DNA from: Octopus sinensis
Lineage: Eukaryota
Reading direction: 5' to 3'
Assembly (NCBI RefSeq): GCF_006345805.1
Contig: NC_043005.1
Location: 26,970,001-27,034,000 of the forward strand
DNA: 64,000 nucleotides
Below the pieces are notes generated by a model that saw nothing but the letters and a program-made list of their open reading frames with translations, had not been told where the DNA came from and ran no database searches. Positions 26,717 through 39,759 of the stretch are shown here, in pieces. The position numbers and the translations under genes are program-made. Position 1 is the first letter of the stretch; each line of letters opens with the position of its first letter.

Positions 26717-28161
26717 CTTCCTGGACATAGACAATGGATGTGTGAACAGAGAGACTAACTGTGCCTGTGTGTATCCTGGCTTCTAAAATATGTATGCAAT
26801 ATGACTGCATGTTGTAAGGGGAGACAAAAATGGTTGGAATTCTGAAGGGAGCCTAGCCTTAAAAGAATACCTCAAAAAGTTTTGTCTGATCATTTTCATG
26901 CATGATAAACCAAACATAAAAACGATGCGTGTACACACATGAATACACATTTGAATACATCACCATCATCATTTAACATCTATTTTCCATGCTGACACGG
27001 GTTGGATGGTTTAACAGGATCGAACAACCCAGAGGACCACATTGAGCTCCTGTCAAGTTATTTATTTTGTAAGTAGCCACTATCAATGTCTTCGTGATGA
27101 CAGGTAACCAAAAGAGTTCATTGAGATGCTGGAGACTTTTGTAACAGATGTACACTGTGTACAGCACACACACGTTAGAGTGAAACCACTGCCAGACTCC
27201 TCAGGGGCAACAAACACAAATACAAATTCTGGGTAGATAACAGTGATGAGATGAGTGGAATGGATACATTACTAGTAAAGGCATGGATAAAGTAATTGAG
27301 GTAATGAGAGAGTGTGATAGAATAATTAAGCTTAGAGAAAAGCAACATTATCATCGTCGTCGTCGTTTAAACGTCTTTTCCATGCTGGCATGGGTCAGAC
27401 GGTTTGACTGGGAACTTGCAAGCCAGGAGGCTGCACCAGTTTCCAATCTGATCTGATAAGGTTTCTACAGCTGGATGCCCTTCCTAATGCCAACCACTCC
27501 GAGAGTGCAGTGGGTGCTTTTTACAAGCCACTGGCACAGGCCACGTTTGGGTGGCACTTTTTACATGCTACTGGCACAGGAGCCAGTCGGGGTGTGGGTG
27601 GTATCGACCACATTTGGATGCGTTTTATGAGCCACCCGCACAGAGAGCCAGTCAGGAGGCACTGGGAATAACCCATGCATGAATGGTGCTTATTGTGTGC
27701 CAGTCAGGTGGCACTAGCATCGGCCTCAACTACAATTTCCATTTTTTATTGTGATTTTGATTTTTAATTTTACTTGATTCAATAGGTCTCCTCAAGCATG
27801 GCGCCCAATGATTCAAAGGTACCTTTTAAACAGGCTGGTTATCTCACAATTACACACACACACACATATGCATTATATATACAAATATATTAATATATAC
27901 ACACACACTTTCTAAAATTAGAGAAGAGCTCATATTTGAGAGGAAGATGTCATTGCTACACATACAAACATCATAGACTACATCTAAAAGAAAACCATAT
28001 TCCACTAATGATCATGTATTCACTCACCAACACACTTCCTCCTCTCTGTCTCTTCTACCAGAATAGTCTCTACAAGAACTCACCTGTGAACACACTAAAG
28101 ACACCAGCTCACAGGTACACCAATTCTTTCTCTCCCTTCAACCATTTCTATAACAATCTTC

Positions 28162-28455
28162 TACATTATTTACATTTAACGGATATTTGTCCTCATCTTG
28201 TTTGTTGTTAACACAACATTTCGGCTGATATACCCTCCAGCTTTTATCAGATGTCTTGGGGAAATTTCGAAGCTGGGTTCTCGTTCCTAAGGTATTTTTC
28301 TAGAAACCAGGTTCGAAATTTCCCCAAGACACCTAAAGAAGGCTGGAGGGTATATCAGCCAAAACGTTGTGTTAACAACAAACAAGATGAGGACAAATAT
28401 CCGTCAAATGTAAATAATGTAAATCATTCCTCATCTCTTAAATATAGAACTGTAT
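28162..28455. mobile_element. Non-autonomous Penelope-like element (family 1), inverted palindrome with a hammerhead motif in each arm
   Basis: Inverted arms at 28162-28300 and 28302-28421, with a tail of about 33 nt on the right arm only. 14-bp TSD taacaatcttctac at 28151-28164 and 28456-28469. HHR-like cores at 28210-28255 (-) and 28328-28373 (+). Confidence 0.85.
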
Positions 28456-28803
28456 TAACAATCTTCTACTCCTCAACTTTCCTCCTCCATCAAATCTCAT
28501 GTTTGTCCTCTGCATTTCACACCCAACAAGAAACACATTCACCCAATCCTTCCTCCCCACAGTGTACAATACCAAACAATCACTCCCGGCCCATGTTCTT
28601 TTTAAACAGGTACAACCTCACTAAAACATCAAGCACAGAAACCTCTGCAAGCATCACGACTGATGATTGCCACCACCTCTCCAATTCAATAAAACAACAT
28701 CAACAACAATAACATGGTCAGAGCAACAACAGCCCAAGCTGTGACTGCACCAGCAGCAACAGTGAGTAAAATATAATTTTTGTTTAAATCAATAATTACA
28801 AAC

Positions 28804-28890
28804 CTTGGGCTGAACCAGTCGGATACGGGTTCAAATTCGAATCAACCCCTGGGTAGGGAGGGGGTGCTTCTGCCATAAACACCTCATGTG
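28804..28890 (-). CDS. WBP2: WBP2 coding exon 6 (PPPY motif)
   Basis: ttctaacttcag acceptor, gtttg donor, 87 nt, phase 1-1. Encodes (A)HEVFMAEAPPPYPGVDSNLNPYPTGSAQ. Confidence 0.9.
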
Positions 28891-30150
28891 CTGAAGTTAG
28901 AAAAAAAGAAGAAAAAGGTTAAAAAAAACAAAATATGGGAAAAGATGATGAGGAGGGAGACTATTCGGATATTCATTATATTGGCATGAGTTGGACAGGT
29001 TTGCAACATCAGATCTTTATGTGTGTCAAGGGCAACAAGCTGGCAGAATCATTAGGATGCCGGGCAAAATGCTTAGCGGTATTTCGTCTGCCGTTACGTT
29101 CTGAGTTCAAAATCCGCCAAAGTTGACTTTGCCGTTCATCCTTTTGGTGTCAATTAAATAAGTACCAGTTACGCACTGGGTTGATGTAATTGACTTAATC
29201 CCTTTGTCTATCCTTGTTTGTCCCCTGTGGGCAATAAAGAAATAAATTTTGTGCCCCTTGGAGAAAAGAAAGTGAGAGTCAAACAGAGTTATTCTTCTTG
29301 CTCAAAAATTTCAACAGAAAGACTATCAATATTGGCAACCTGCATAATACGACAACTCATTCAATGTAACACTATCCTCTTCTCATTATCATGTACCACG
29401 ATACTGAACGAAACATCTCACTGTTTTTCTCTCTTTACATCTTAAAATCCAATTCATACAGAGGGACATCGAATTTGCTGTTCATCATGATGGTTTTACT
29501 TAGCGTAGTTTTAACGTCCACTTTCCCATGCCTGCATGGGTCGGACAAAAGTCACTGAGGCAGATTTTCTATGGCCAGTTTCTCTTCTCGTTGCTAATTC
29601 TTACTTGTATCCAAGTAAGGTAATATTTCTCCGTGGCTAGACATATTTTCACAGAAGATTGAAATCAAATGGCATCACTTGTATGATGGTCACACTCATT
29701 TACAACTTTTGCACAATGCCAAGACACAGAGCCATCACTATCATCATCATCACCAACACATTATTCACAATGGACGGACAGGTGTCCTCATCTTGTCTTG
29801 TTTCCACAATGTTTCAGCTGATTTACTCATACATACACTTTCACCATCTTTCCAGAACATGACACTTTTAACACCAGAGATTTACTGGTAACATTCTTAT
29901 ATAACAAATAAATTACGAACTTATCTTAAATTTCCTATAAGTTTGGTTTGAAGTCTTCGTCAGATAAACTAGAACAAGTTATGTCCCTTGTTAGAGGGAG
30001 ACAACACAAGGATTATAAAAACAAAAATGTTCAGCAGAGTCTCGCCACCAAATATTTTCGCTTAATCCTAACAACCCTGGCAGCTAATCAATAAGAAATC
30101 ACTTCTCTTTTTACATATTCTCAATATCAATGTTTCATTTGAACATCAAA

Positions 30151-30680
30151 TATTAGGTTGGTGCAAAAATAATTATTCCATCACCAACGTTTTAACGTCC
30201 ATGTTCCCCGGTTGCTTTGGTTAGAAGGAATTCATTAAAGCAGGTGGAATCAGTCACCATTATTCCTGAATCCTTGGGAAACTATTCAAGCAGAGAAATA
30301 TTGACACGAAATCAACAAAATGCATCAAGAACTGCTGCAACTATTCCATTTAGCATTGGTCATTAGAAAAGGAACAAGACAATGCCTGACCCATATTCTG
30401 TAAATGACTTGGCATAAGTTGAATGAACAAGGCTACAAAACAGTAATGTAACCAGTTTAATCCCAAAACCTTTTTCCAATCCATTGCTTTTTCAAGCAAC
30501 TCAGAAATTTCCTGCAAAAAAAGATCAACAACAACCAAACAGCAACTGAAAATAATTGTGAAGAATTCATCAGTTGCAGGACTCTAGAAATTTAATGCTA
30601 CCAGAATAAATAAATCTGTTCTTTGTCGGTAAAAATGTGTAGAATTTAAAGATTATTTTGATTAATAAAAACTACTTCAA
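30151..30680 (+). mobile_element. Decayed Hsmar1-like mariner remnant
   Basis: TIR-like tattaggttggtgcaaaa at 30151. A degenerate transposase 3' end at 30590-30665 resembles FYATGINKL..RWQKCV...YFD*. Confidence 0.65.
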
Positions 30681-30683
30681 TCT

Positions 30684-30970
30684 GTGCTCCTTTTTGATCT
30701 TCATGTGTCTAACACACGTGGACATGCCTACAAAGTCAGAAAACAACACAGCTCCCATGACTTTCGGAAACATTTTTTCACGCTCAGAGTTCCTGAAGCA
30801 TGGAATAAACTGCCTGCGTCAGTTGTTGACTGCCATGACACTGCATCCTTTAAGGCCCTCATGCTTTCCGAAATCCGCCGAAACTACACCTGATTATATA
30901 TACACTTTAGATGAGTTGTAGTGCACCTGAGCACTGTACACAATTATTATTATTAATAATTATTATTATT
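30684..30970 (+). mobile_element. CR1-clade LINE 3' end
   Basis: TRGHAYKVRKQ...RKHFFTLRVPEAWNKLPASVV is the canonical CR1 ORF2 C-terminus, followed by a short 3'UTR and (TTA)n tail. A related 3'UTR piece lies at about 42390-42465. Confidence 0.88.
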
Positions 30971-32852
30971 ATAATGCTTTAACCCTTAAATGGCAAGAAA
31001 GGGTTGCATGAATGAGAGTACCAAACAGGCAAATATCAAAAAGAAACTGAAGTACCAAGCAAAACTGTTTGCAACCTTTTCGGTGACTTAGTGACTTCAC
31101 CCTCTTGCTCCAGGTTTGCTCTGCATCAAGACACACAGCAGATCTTGGAACGAGAGGAGAAGCTACTAAATGACTGAAAAGGTCACTAACAGAAAGGAAA
31201 GTACTTTCACTAAAAAACAACCTATCAAAACATTCCAGTAATAATCTGCCAAAACATTTTAAGTGTGTCATAAGCATAGTCAGAGAAAAATGTACACAGT
31301 TCATCCAACTCTGGTATTTACCAACTTTTGCTATACTCTCTTTACTCTCTTTTACTTGTTTCAGTCATTTGATTGCGGCCATGCTGGAGCACCGCCTTTA
31401 GTCGAGCAAATCGACCCCGGGACTTATTCTTTGTAAGCCCAGTACTTATTCTATCGGTCTCTTTGGCCAAACCGCTAAGTGACGAGGACGTAAACACACC
31501 AGCATCGGTTGTCAAGCAATGCTAGGGGGACAAACACAGACACAAACATATACACACACACTTATATATATATATACATATATACGACAGGCTTCTTTCA
31601 GTTTCCGTCTACCAAATCCACTCACAAGGCATTGGTCGGCCCGGGGCTATAGCAGAAGACATTTTCCCAAGATGCCACGCAGTGGGACTGAACCCGGAAC
31701 CATGTGGTTGGTTAGCAAGCTACTTACCACACAGCCTATTTTGATAATTTTCAATATTCAAGGCAGAGGTAGTCATAATTGTTAGTCTCTTGCACAATAA
31801 AATTTACAGTCTCAATATCTAAAAGTGCCATAAAATATTCACTTTCCTTTGCATCTGTAGTGTACATAAATTCATTTGAAATTCCTGTATTGTTATTGTT
31901 AGATGAGTTTACAATCATCATTGTTTAACCTCTGCTTTCCATGCTAGCATGGGTTAGACGATTTGACTGAGGACTGGTGAACCAGATAGCTGCACCAGGC
32001 TCCAATCTGATCAGGCAGATTTTCTATAGCTAGATGCCCTTCCTAATGCCAACTACTCCATGCATTTTTTCAATCCAGAGATAGGTGAAGCATTATTTTC
32101 TTCTCTACTATTCAGAGCATCATCATTATGTACCTCGTTTTCAAATTCTATCGAGGTCAACTTTGACTGTCATCCTTTTGAGGTCAATTAAATAAGTACT
32201 AGTTGAGTACTGGGGTCGATCTAATCAACTGGCACCCTTCCCCAAAAACTTCAGGCCTTGTGCCTAGAGCAGAAAAGAAATTATGTACCTCATCTGATAA
32301 TGAGAGAATGTGAGAAAGAAGAAAAACTTCTTTGCTTTATAAATCAACCACTTATGATTTCATTTCTTCTGCTTAGACACATTTAATGTAGCAGAAGCTT
32401 GGACATCAATTGATGATGGTCATAGCCAGGTAAAATTTTAGAAAGTTTTAATTCATGCCTGCCATTCCATAATGAAACATCAATTGACGATGTTTACCAT
32501 TTAAGAGTTAATGTTTAAAAACAGCAAAATGTCCATGAATGGCCATGGACAGTGCCCTCCCTCTTATGAAGAAATTAAGAAAAATCAAAATATATTAAGG
32601 TTTGAAATTGATAGTCCAGTTTCTTAAAGTCACTATATGGTCAGTAATTAATCAAACAGCCACCAAGTGGTCATTAGTATAGTAACTTAATGGCACAACT
32701 ACCATGTGGTCAGCCTTACCTTAACCTTACAGAGCCACGTGATTAGTCATACAGTACCTTGACATCATAGCCATTGCACATCGATTGCTGTGAATTTAAA
32801 AATCAAATGAATTTAAAAGGACAGGAAAGAGAAAAGGCCAAGACAATATTAC

Positions 32853-32987
32853 CTGGTGGTGCATTTGGGAATGTTTGATATGGCACCCAGCCATAGTTAT
32901 AAGCTGTGTAGGCAGGCGGAGCAGGCTGATAAAATGGTCCCTGGGGAGGAGTGTAAGGTGGAGGCTGTGGTATTTGATACCGAGATG
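32853..32987 (-). CDS. WBP2: WBP2 coding exon 5 (PPPY and PPAY motifs)
   Basis: tttcag acceptor, gtaat donor, 135 nt, phase 1-1. Encodes (A)SRYQIPQPPPYTPPQGPFYQPAPPAYTAYNYGWVPYQTFPNAPP. Confidence 0.93.
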
Positions 32988-33389
32988 CTGAAATAAATGT
33001 AGGAAATAGAATAAAGAGATTAGTTATTTTTTATAGCCCACCTAGTCAACACTGACTACACCCCAGGGTGGGGTGTAGTTCTTTCCTGTAGCAATTCCCA
33101 CTAAGATACATACAGCAAAGAGATTTCCTTGACACTGCTTTGGCTTCAGGTCTTTCACAGGATTTGAACTTGGTGTTTTAAGCTAACAGAGAATTTAGTC
33201 AATTGATACAGTCCCCACTGCCTCTGTTTGTGTACGACTTCATAATAGCTGTTGAAAACCAGGGGGACTACATACAGCAGTGAACAACCTCAAATAACTA
33301 TTCACTTTCTCAGTCAGTGAGGTTTGAAAGATCAAGGTTTCATAGCCCACAAGGGGCGTTTCAAGTGATACACACAGGAAAAAAAAAAC

Positions 33390-33560
33390 CCCAGCACATG
33401 CAAACAGACAGACCCCCACCAGTGTGCAAACAGACAGACCCTCAGGACATGCAAACTGACAAATGCCCCCAGTCCATGCAAACAGAACCCTAGTGCATGT
33501 AAATAGGCAGAACCCAAAAGCATACAAGCAGACAGACCCTGTCATGCATATACAGGCTGA
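33390..33560. repeat. Degenerate minisatellite with a unit of about 24 bp (ccccagcacatgcaaacagacaga)
   Basis: About 7 diverged units, adjacent to a minus-strand gccccttgtgggc hairpin resembling the Tx1-type tail. Confidence 0.65.
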
Positions 33561-35570
33561 GTACATATATAGGCTCAGCAAGCAGAGGCCCAGCAACACA
33601 GTTTAGCCCAGGGTAAGTAGACGTATGAGTGAAAGAACAGTACAATCAACAAGGCAGATTTAGAAAGAAGAGCTGAGATAAGCAACAGCAACTGAGACAC
33701 ATTTCAATGCAGCACCAAGAATCTTCGTCCCTCATTAACTTGGTAAATCCTCAATTCCATGTTGTGGATCTCTGCTAATAACATCAATTAAACAGAGAGG
33801 CTTTCATTCTGTTAAAGTGCAGAAGTCTCCAAAATATAACATCTGTTCTTTGCTTTGGTTTTGTACTGATGTCATGAGATGTTTTGAGCCCTCATCAGAA
33901 GCTTGATGTATGTACCATCAAGGTGATCTTGAACATCCTTCTTCAGAGTCCAAGCTTCAGCTTTACAAGGACTTCTGAGTTAATAGTTAATTTAGGTTGA
34001 AAATTAAGGAAAAAGATTACAGATCATTTATAAATATCAAATACTACAGAAGAGGGCAGCGAGCTGGCAGAATTGATAGCATGGAAGATGAAATGCTTAG
34101 CAGTATTTCGTCTCTGTCTTTATGTTCTGAGTTCAAATTCTGCCAAGGTCAACTTTGCTTTTCATCCTTTTGGGGTCGATTAAATAAGTACCATTTACAC
34201 ACTGGAGTCAATGTAATTGACTTAATCCCTTTGTCTGTCCCCTGTATGTTTAGTCCCCTATGGGCAATAAAGAAATAAGTATCAAGTACTACAGAATTTA
34301 ATGACGGATTAATTAAAATTCTCTTGGTAACCTCAATGTCTAAGTTCTAAAACCAGGCAGCACTAACATCGCCAGGGACTTTCTTCCATGCTGGAATGAG
34401 TTAGATGGTTCAACAGAATCTGAAAAGCCAGAAGACTGCATTAGGCTCCAATGTCTGCTTTGGCAAGGTCTCTACTGACGGCTGCCCTTTCTAGCAGCAA
34501 CCACTTTACAGAGTGTAATGGGTGCTGTTTTCATGGCAGCAGCATTTGTGAGATCTGCAAGTAAGCCACAAGACAAGACTCCTTAACAGCATGAGGGTGC
34601 AGTCCTGAGGGTACCAAAGTGTTGAGAGACTAAAGTAAGACAGAGACAAGAACAAGTATTTTGCTGAAGAAGAGATACATGACCACCCCGGCAGAAAAGG
34701 GAGAATGCATGGTAGAGATGATGTTTGTTCCTTCTTGAGCCATGCCTAGCTCATAAAGGCTGGTTCCCAGTTTCCTTGGTGTATAGGTTCCCCACCTGGA
34801 CAGAACGCTGGTCCGTCACAAGTGAGCTGCAAGATGCAGGAGGAAAGAGTGAGAAAAAGTTGTGGCGAAAGAGTCAGCAGAAGTTCGCCATTACCTTCTG
34901 CCGGAGCCACGTGGAGCTTAGATGTTTCACTCATAAACACACACGGTCTGAGATTCGAACCCTCAATTCTTCGACTGTGAGTCCACTGCTCTAACCACTA
35001 GGTTATGTGCCTCCACATGGTAGAGATGAAGTATTTACTAAATAATTATCCTGCCATTATTTTTTTTTTGTTCGCCTTCAAACATCAGTCAGCTGTAATT
35101 TAAAATTACTATAAACCACATACAACTTACAAGATCATAGGTGTTCTCCTGCTTTCTTTTTTTTTTTTTTTTCATAATTATGATCTTTGATAAAAATTTA
35201 ATTGAATATTTTTGTATTTGGCTTGCAAGATTCTTGAAGTGAATTCATGAGTTGAAATATATTTTGTTGTTTCTCAGGAGAGTCACTTTGCTAACAGTAA
35301 ACACATACACAGGACTGAAGGAGACCTGATGTAGCTGAGGGCATGTCATTGATGAGATCATGAATAATGATGAAAAGACTTTGACAAACCTAACTGATTG
35401 ATTGATTGATTAACCCAACAATTAATCAAACAACCAATTAGTTAATTGGTTAAATAGTGAACCAACTGACAAATAAATAAGAAAGAAGTGAAACGGAACC
35501 AGTGCATGTTTTCTGTTAGTATAATGATTCTCTTGAGATACAACAGAAAATTTTAACTGAAAATAATTAC

Positions 35571-35663
35571 CAAGTTTTCCAGCCTGTAGCATAGCTTGTC
35601 CAAATTCGATAGCACCACCTTTGTTGAAGCAAAGTTTGAATGCGGCATTTCCAGACCATTTAC
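35571..35663 (-). CDS. WBP2: WBP2 coding exon 4
   Basis: Pyrimidine tract with aag acceptor, gtaat donor, 93 nt. Encodes (G)KWSGNAAFKLCFNKGGAIEFGQAMLQAGKL, with the GGAIEFGQ hallmark. Confidence 0.96.
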
Positions 35664-36083
35664 CTTTTAGAAGAGGAAGAAACAGGATTAAAACACACAC
35701 ACACACACACACACACAAATAAACCTGATTAGTGATTGTTTAATTAGTTACATGAAAAAAAATACATTCTGAACTTTAGATTATGCAAATTTATGTTGAA
35801 AATGGATTTAATAATTTAATGTTTCTTCTTTTACTCATTTTAGTCTTTTGAGTGCAGCCATTCTGGGGTACCACTTTGAAGGAGTTTAGTCAAAACAAAT
35901 CGACCCCAGTGTGCACTTTTAAGTTTCTGTAACTTAGTGGTTCATCAAAGGATACTGACGTAAAAAAAGTGGACACTGGGGTCGATTTGTTTTGGGTGCA
36001 CAAGAATGGCTAGTGTCGAAAGACTGAAATGAATAAATGAAGAAACATTAAATTATTATTAATAATAATAATAATAATAATGA

Positions 36084-36258
36084 CATCGAAAATACCTTAG
36101 GAATAAGAACCCAGGTTCAAAATTTCCCCAATACACCCGATGACGGCCGGAGGGTATATCAGCCAAAGCGTTATGTTAACAACAAACAAGATGAGGACAA
36201 ATATCCGTCAAATGTAAATAATGTACATAATTCCTCATCTCTTAAATATAGAACTGTA
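36084..36258 (+). mobile_element. Penelope-like family 1, single-arm copy with degenerate hammerhead
   Basis: Near-identical to 28302-28454, including the tail. Core reads acac-CCGATGA-cggccg-gagggtatat-cagcc-AAAG-cg-tt-atgtt at 36132-36177. Confidence 0.8.
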
Positions 36259-36814
36259 TGCTTCCCATTCTTCATTTTATATGGAAGAACAATGATTCAT
36301 AGAATCAACTGGAAATATAAGAAATATTTATTGTTGTGAGATGATGTAAAAAGTAATAAAACCTTTTGATAATCAATACTCTTATTCTCCAAGAAGGCGT
36401 AAAATAAAGAGATCAGCCACATTCCAGTTTATGTTTACAATTTAAACTCATGGAAAACACACTAACCATCACTAGAATACCAACACCAGTGACTATTCTT
36501 ACAAGCCATAAATAACCTACTGACTCGAGGCACTGGCCTTACTAATTCTAGTGATTATCCTTACGCACCTTCAATAACCTACCAATTCCAGATCCTTGCA
36601 TACCATCACTTAATGCCCTTGCCCCCTCTCCATTGATGATCAAAGAAAGGTTGTAATACTGTTCAGACCATCTGAATTAATGGCTCTGTTTATGAATAAC
36701 TTAGAATATAAATAATAGACAGATAAGGATTGATTCCTTTTTGGATCAGGATTGATTAAGAACTAAACACCAATTCTCCAGTGCATACACACACACAGAA
36801 GGAAAAAGATTTAC

Positions 36815-36953
36815 CTCCTTGTTCGGCAAAAACAGTTCCTTTTATGTAATTGGCTGAAAATACAGGTTGTTCCAGTTCAACCTGCCTCAAGGTAAAAAAT
36901 GGCATACTGAATGAAAGAAGATGATCTTTCTGGGAATTGTTGAGGAAAATAAC
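36815..36953 (-). CDS. WBP2: WBP2 coding exon 3
   Basis: tttcag acceptor, gtaaa donor, 139 nt. Encodes VIFLNNSQKDHLLSFSMPFFTLRQVELEQPVFSANYIKGTVFAEQG, with the QPVF.ANYIKG hallmark. Confidence 0.96.
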
Positions 36954-37003
36954 CTGAAAATGAAGAAACAAAGACAAGTAAATAGTTGTGTCATTCCATA
37001 ACA

Positions 37004-37518
37004 AGAGGTTGAGGAAAAAGTTCATGCACAGTTTTAAAATAATGATTTTTTTATGCAAGAATCTATTCAAAAACAACAACAACTATTCTTCAAAATAAAG
37101 ACCATCATTTTCCATGACAAGCTTTCGGATTTGGTCAAAGTACCAATCCTACAGCTTTGAATCGAAAAATTCTTGACAGGCTTCTTCAACTTCATTAAAT
37201 GACTCCAGTGACCTTTCATAAAGTGCTGCATTGATTGGAAGAGACCGTAGTCAGATGGAGCAACGTCTGGACTACAGGCCGGATGCGACAGAACTTCCAC
37301 ATCGTCCAATTCTTCAATCTTGTTGTTGGTCTTTCTGTCGGTGTGTGGCTTTGCATTGTCTTGTTGAAACAAAGCGTATTTTCGACGAACAGGTCTTGGG
37401 TACTTTTCAACAGTGAGTCACCATTGAACATGACATGAACTGAATGAACACACACATCACAAAAATATATATAAAAGCATTATTTTAATATGGCGCACAA
37501 ACTTTTTCCTCAACCTAA
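37004..37518 (-). mobile_element. Internally deleted mariner (DD34D) element
   Basis: TIRs aggttgaggaaaaagtt at 37006-37022 and 37500-37516. Decayed transposase FQQDNAKPH...HPACSPDVAPSDYGLF. Confidence 0.88.
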
Positions 37519-39759
37519 TAACATCCAGGTTAAAACAATAAATCAAAAGGTGTCGACATTATAACAAACTATAACCACATTCATCATTATTGTTTTAATG
37601 TCCACCTTTTCACACTTGCATGAGTCAAACAGAAGTTGTGGAGGCAGATTTTCTACAGCTGGATGCCCTTCTTGTCACCAACCCTCACCTGTTCCCCAGC
37701 AAGGTAATATTTCCTTATAACCAGACATGTTTTGCATGGAACACTGAAAACAAACAGCATCTCTTGTATGAAGGTGATGCCTACTTACAGCTATCACACA
37801 ATTTCGAAACAAGGGGACACAAAAACACACACACACACACATACATGTAACTACAAACAGCAAACCAACATACACATAAATATATACACACACACACTAT
37901 ATGTATATTTATACATATATGTATGAAAACACTCCTGCAACAGACAGGTATCCCATCCAGGGTAGAAATAGTTATGCCACAGAATCAGATAGGGAAACTG
38001 GCCTTATGAACCTGTGGCTTGGGAAGGATCTTTGATCTCTTTAACATACAACAGGTGTCTTTGAGCTTTCTTCATCAGCCAGGGTCTACAATAGAAGACA
38101 TCAACCTAAGGTGCAATACAAAAAACAACACAATTGTTTCTAAATCGTGTGAACCAAAATCACACAATTTAGAAGCAAGTTTCTCAACTTCACAACCATA
38201 CCTACAATGACATGGTAAGCAGTGTATTTCTAAGAATTTCTCCAAAATTTTGTCTAACTAAAGCATTTTTTAGCCATTATTTTAAAGCCAATTTAAGTGG
38301 GATTTTTCTCCTTTCAACTAGTTCAACATTTTTTTTAGTCAATTACTTTATTTTTTACTCTCCTTTTTTTTTTCTTCTTAGAGAATTTAACCTACCTTAT
38401 ATTTTTTATTAGGCAGTTTAAATGAACATATTTTTTTAATCATTTAGATAAATTAAGTCGTCTTTTTCCCAGCCATTTCTAAGCCAATTTAACTACCATT
38501 TTTCTTGCTATCAATGCTGGGTATGTTGAAAATATATAAGTGCTTGCATTCTCTCTTAATTATTGCAGTTATCCAAACCACCACCACCACCACCCATTTA
38601 GGCTCTTTTCATTCCAAGTTCAAACCCTGTGGGGGCAAACTTTGCCTTTCATTCTTTCAGAGTAGATAAAATGAATTGAACTCAATACAATCAACTGCAC
38701 AATACCTTCTCTAAACAGTCTGGCCAAGTGCCAATTTTACAAATTAATATTAATGTAGTTATGGCTCCATCATTAAGAAGCTTGCTTCCTGACTTCATGC
38801 CTTTCGGTTCACTCCGACTGTTGTGTGTGTATATATATATGTGTGTGTGTATACTGGGTTGGATTGGATTGCCTTTACTCAGGCCACTGCAAGACAAAGG
38901 CCTCAACAGGTTCTCTCCACCAACCATGGTCCAATGTGGAGGTTGTGGATTTAAGCTTGATCACACTGGTTTGATAAGCCTACTGTGTCACACTAGTTCA
39001 ACATGGCTTGGCAGAAGGATGCAGTTTTCTCTGTTATGCTCTCACCCAGGAGCAGCCAAGTTATGTCGACCTCAGTACACAACTGGTATTTATTTTATCA
39101 ACCCCAAAAAGATGGCAGGCAAAGTCAACCTAGGCACAATTTGAACTCAAAATGTAAAGATGGCTGAAATACCTGTAAACATTTCAGCTGGTATGCTAAC
39201 AATTCTGCCAGTTCACCTGTGTGTGTGCGTGTGTGTGTGTGTGTATATATATATATACACACACACACATACATACATTTAGACATAATACAAGCATACA
39301 TGTGTGTGTGTGTGTGTGTGCGCGTGCATGTCCCCTTGTCTTCACATTGCTTAATAGTAGAAAACAAACATAGCCATCATACAAGCTGTGTTCTTCATTT
39401 CAAATCTTCAGTGAAAACATGTCTATCAATGGGGAAATATCACCATTCTTGGAAACAAGGATTGGCAACGGGAAAAGAATCTGGTCATAGAAAATCTGTT
39501 TAAATAAATTCCATCTGACCCATGCAAGTATAGAAAAATGGACATTAAACTGACGAAAATGATGTATATATATAATGTGTTTTGTTATGCTTTTGTTATA
39601 AATCCTTATTGCTATTACAATCATCACTGACTGATAGCTCCTAAAGTTTTTTTTATTCTCTCTCTGTATATTTCTTCGTATTCCTTTCTGTTTAAGAGCG
39701 TAGGCTCAAAACAAAAGACTTTCTCACCTTTCGAAGCTTTAAACTAATACACCTGTATG

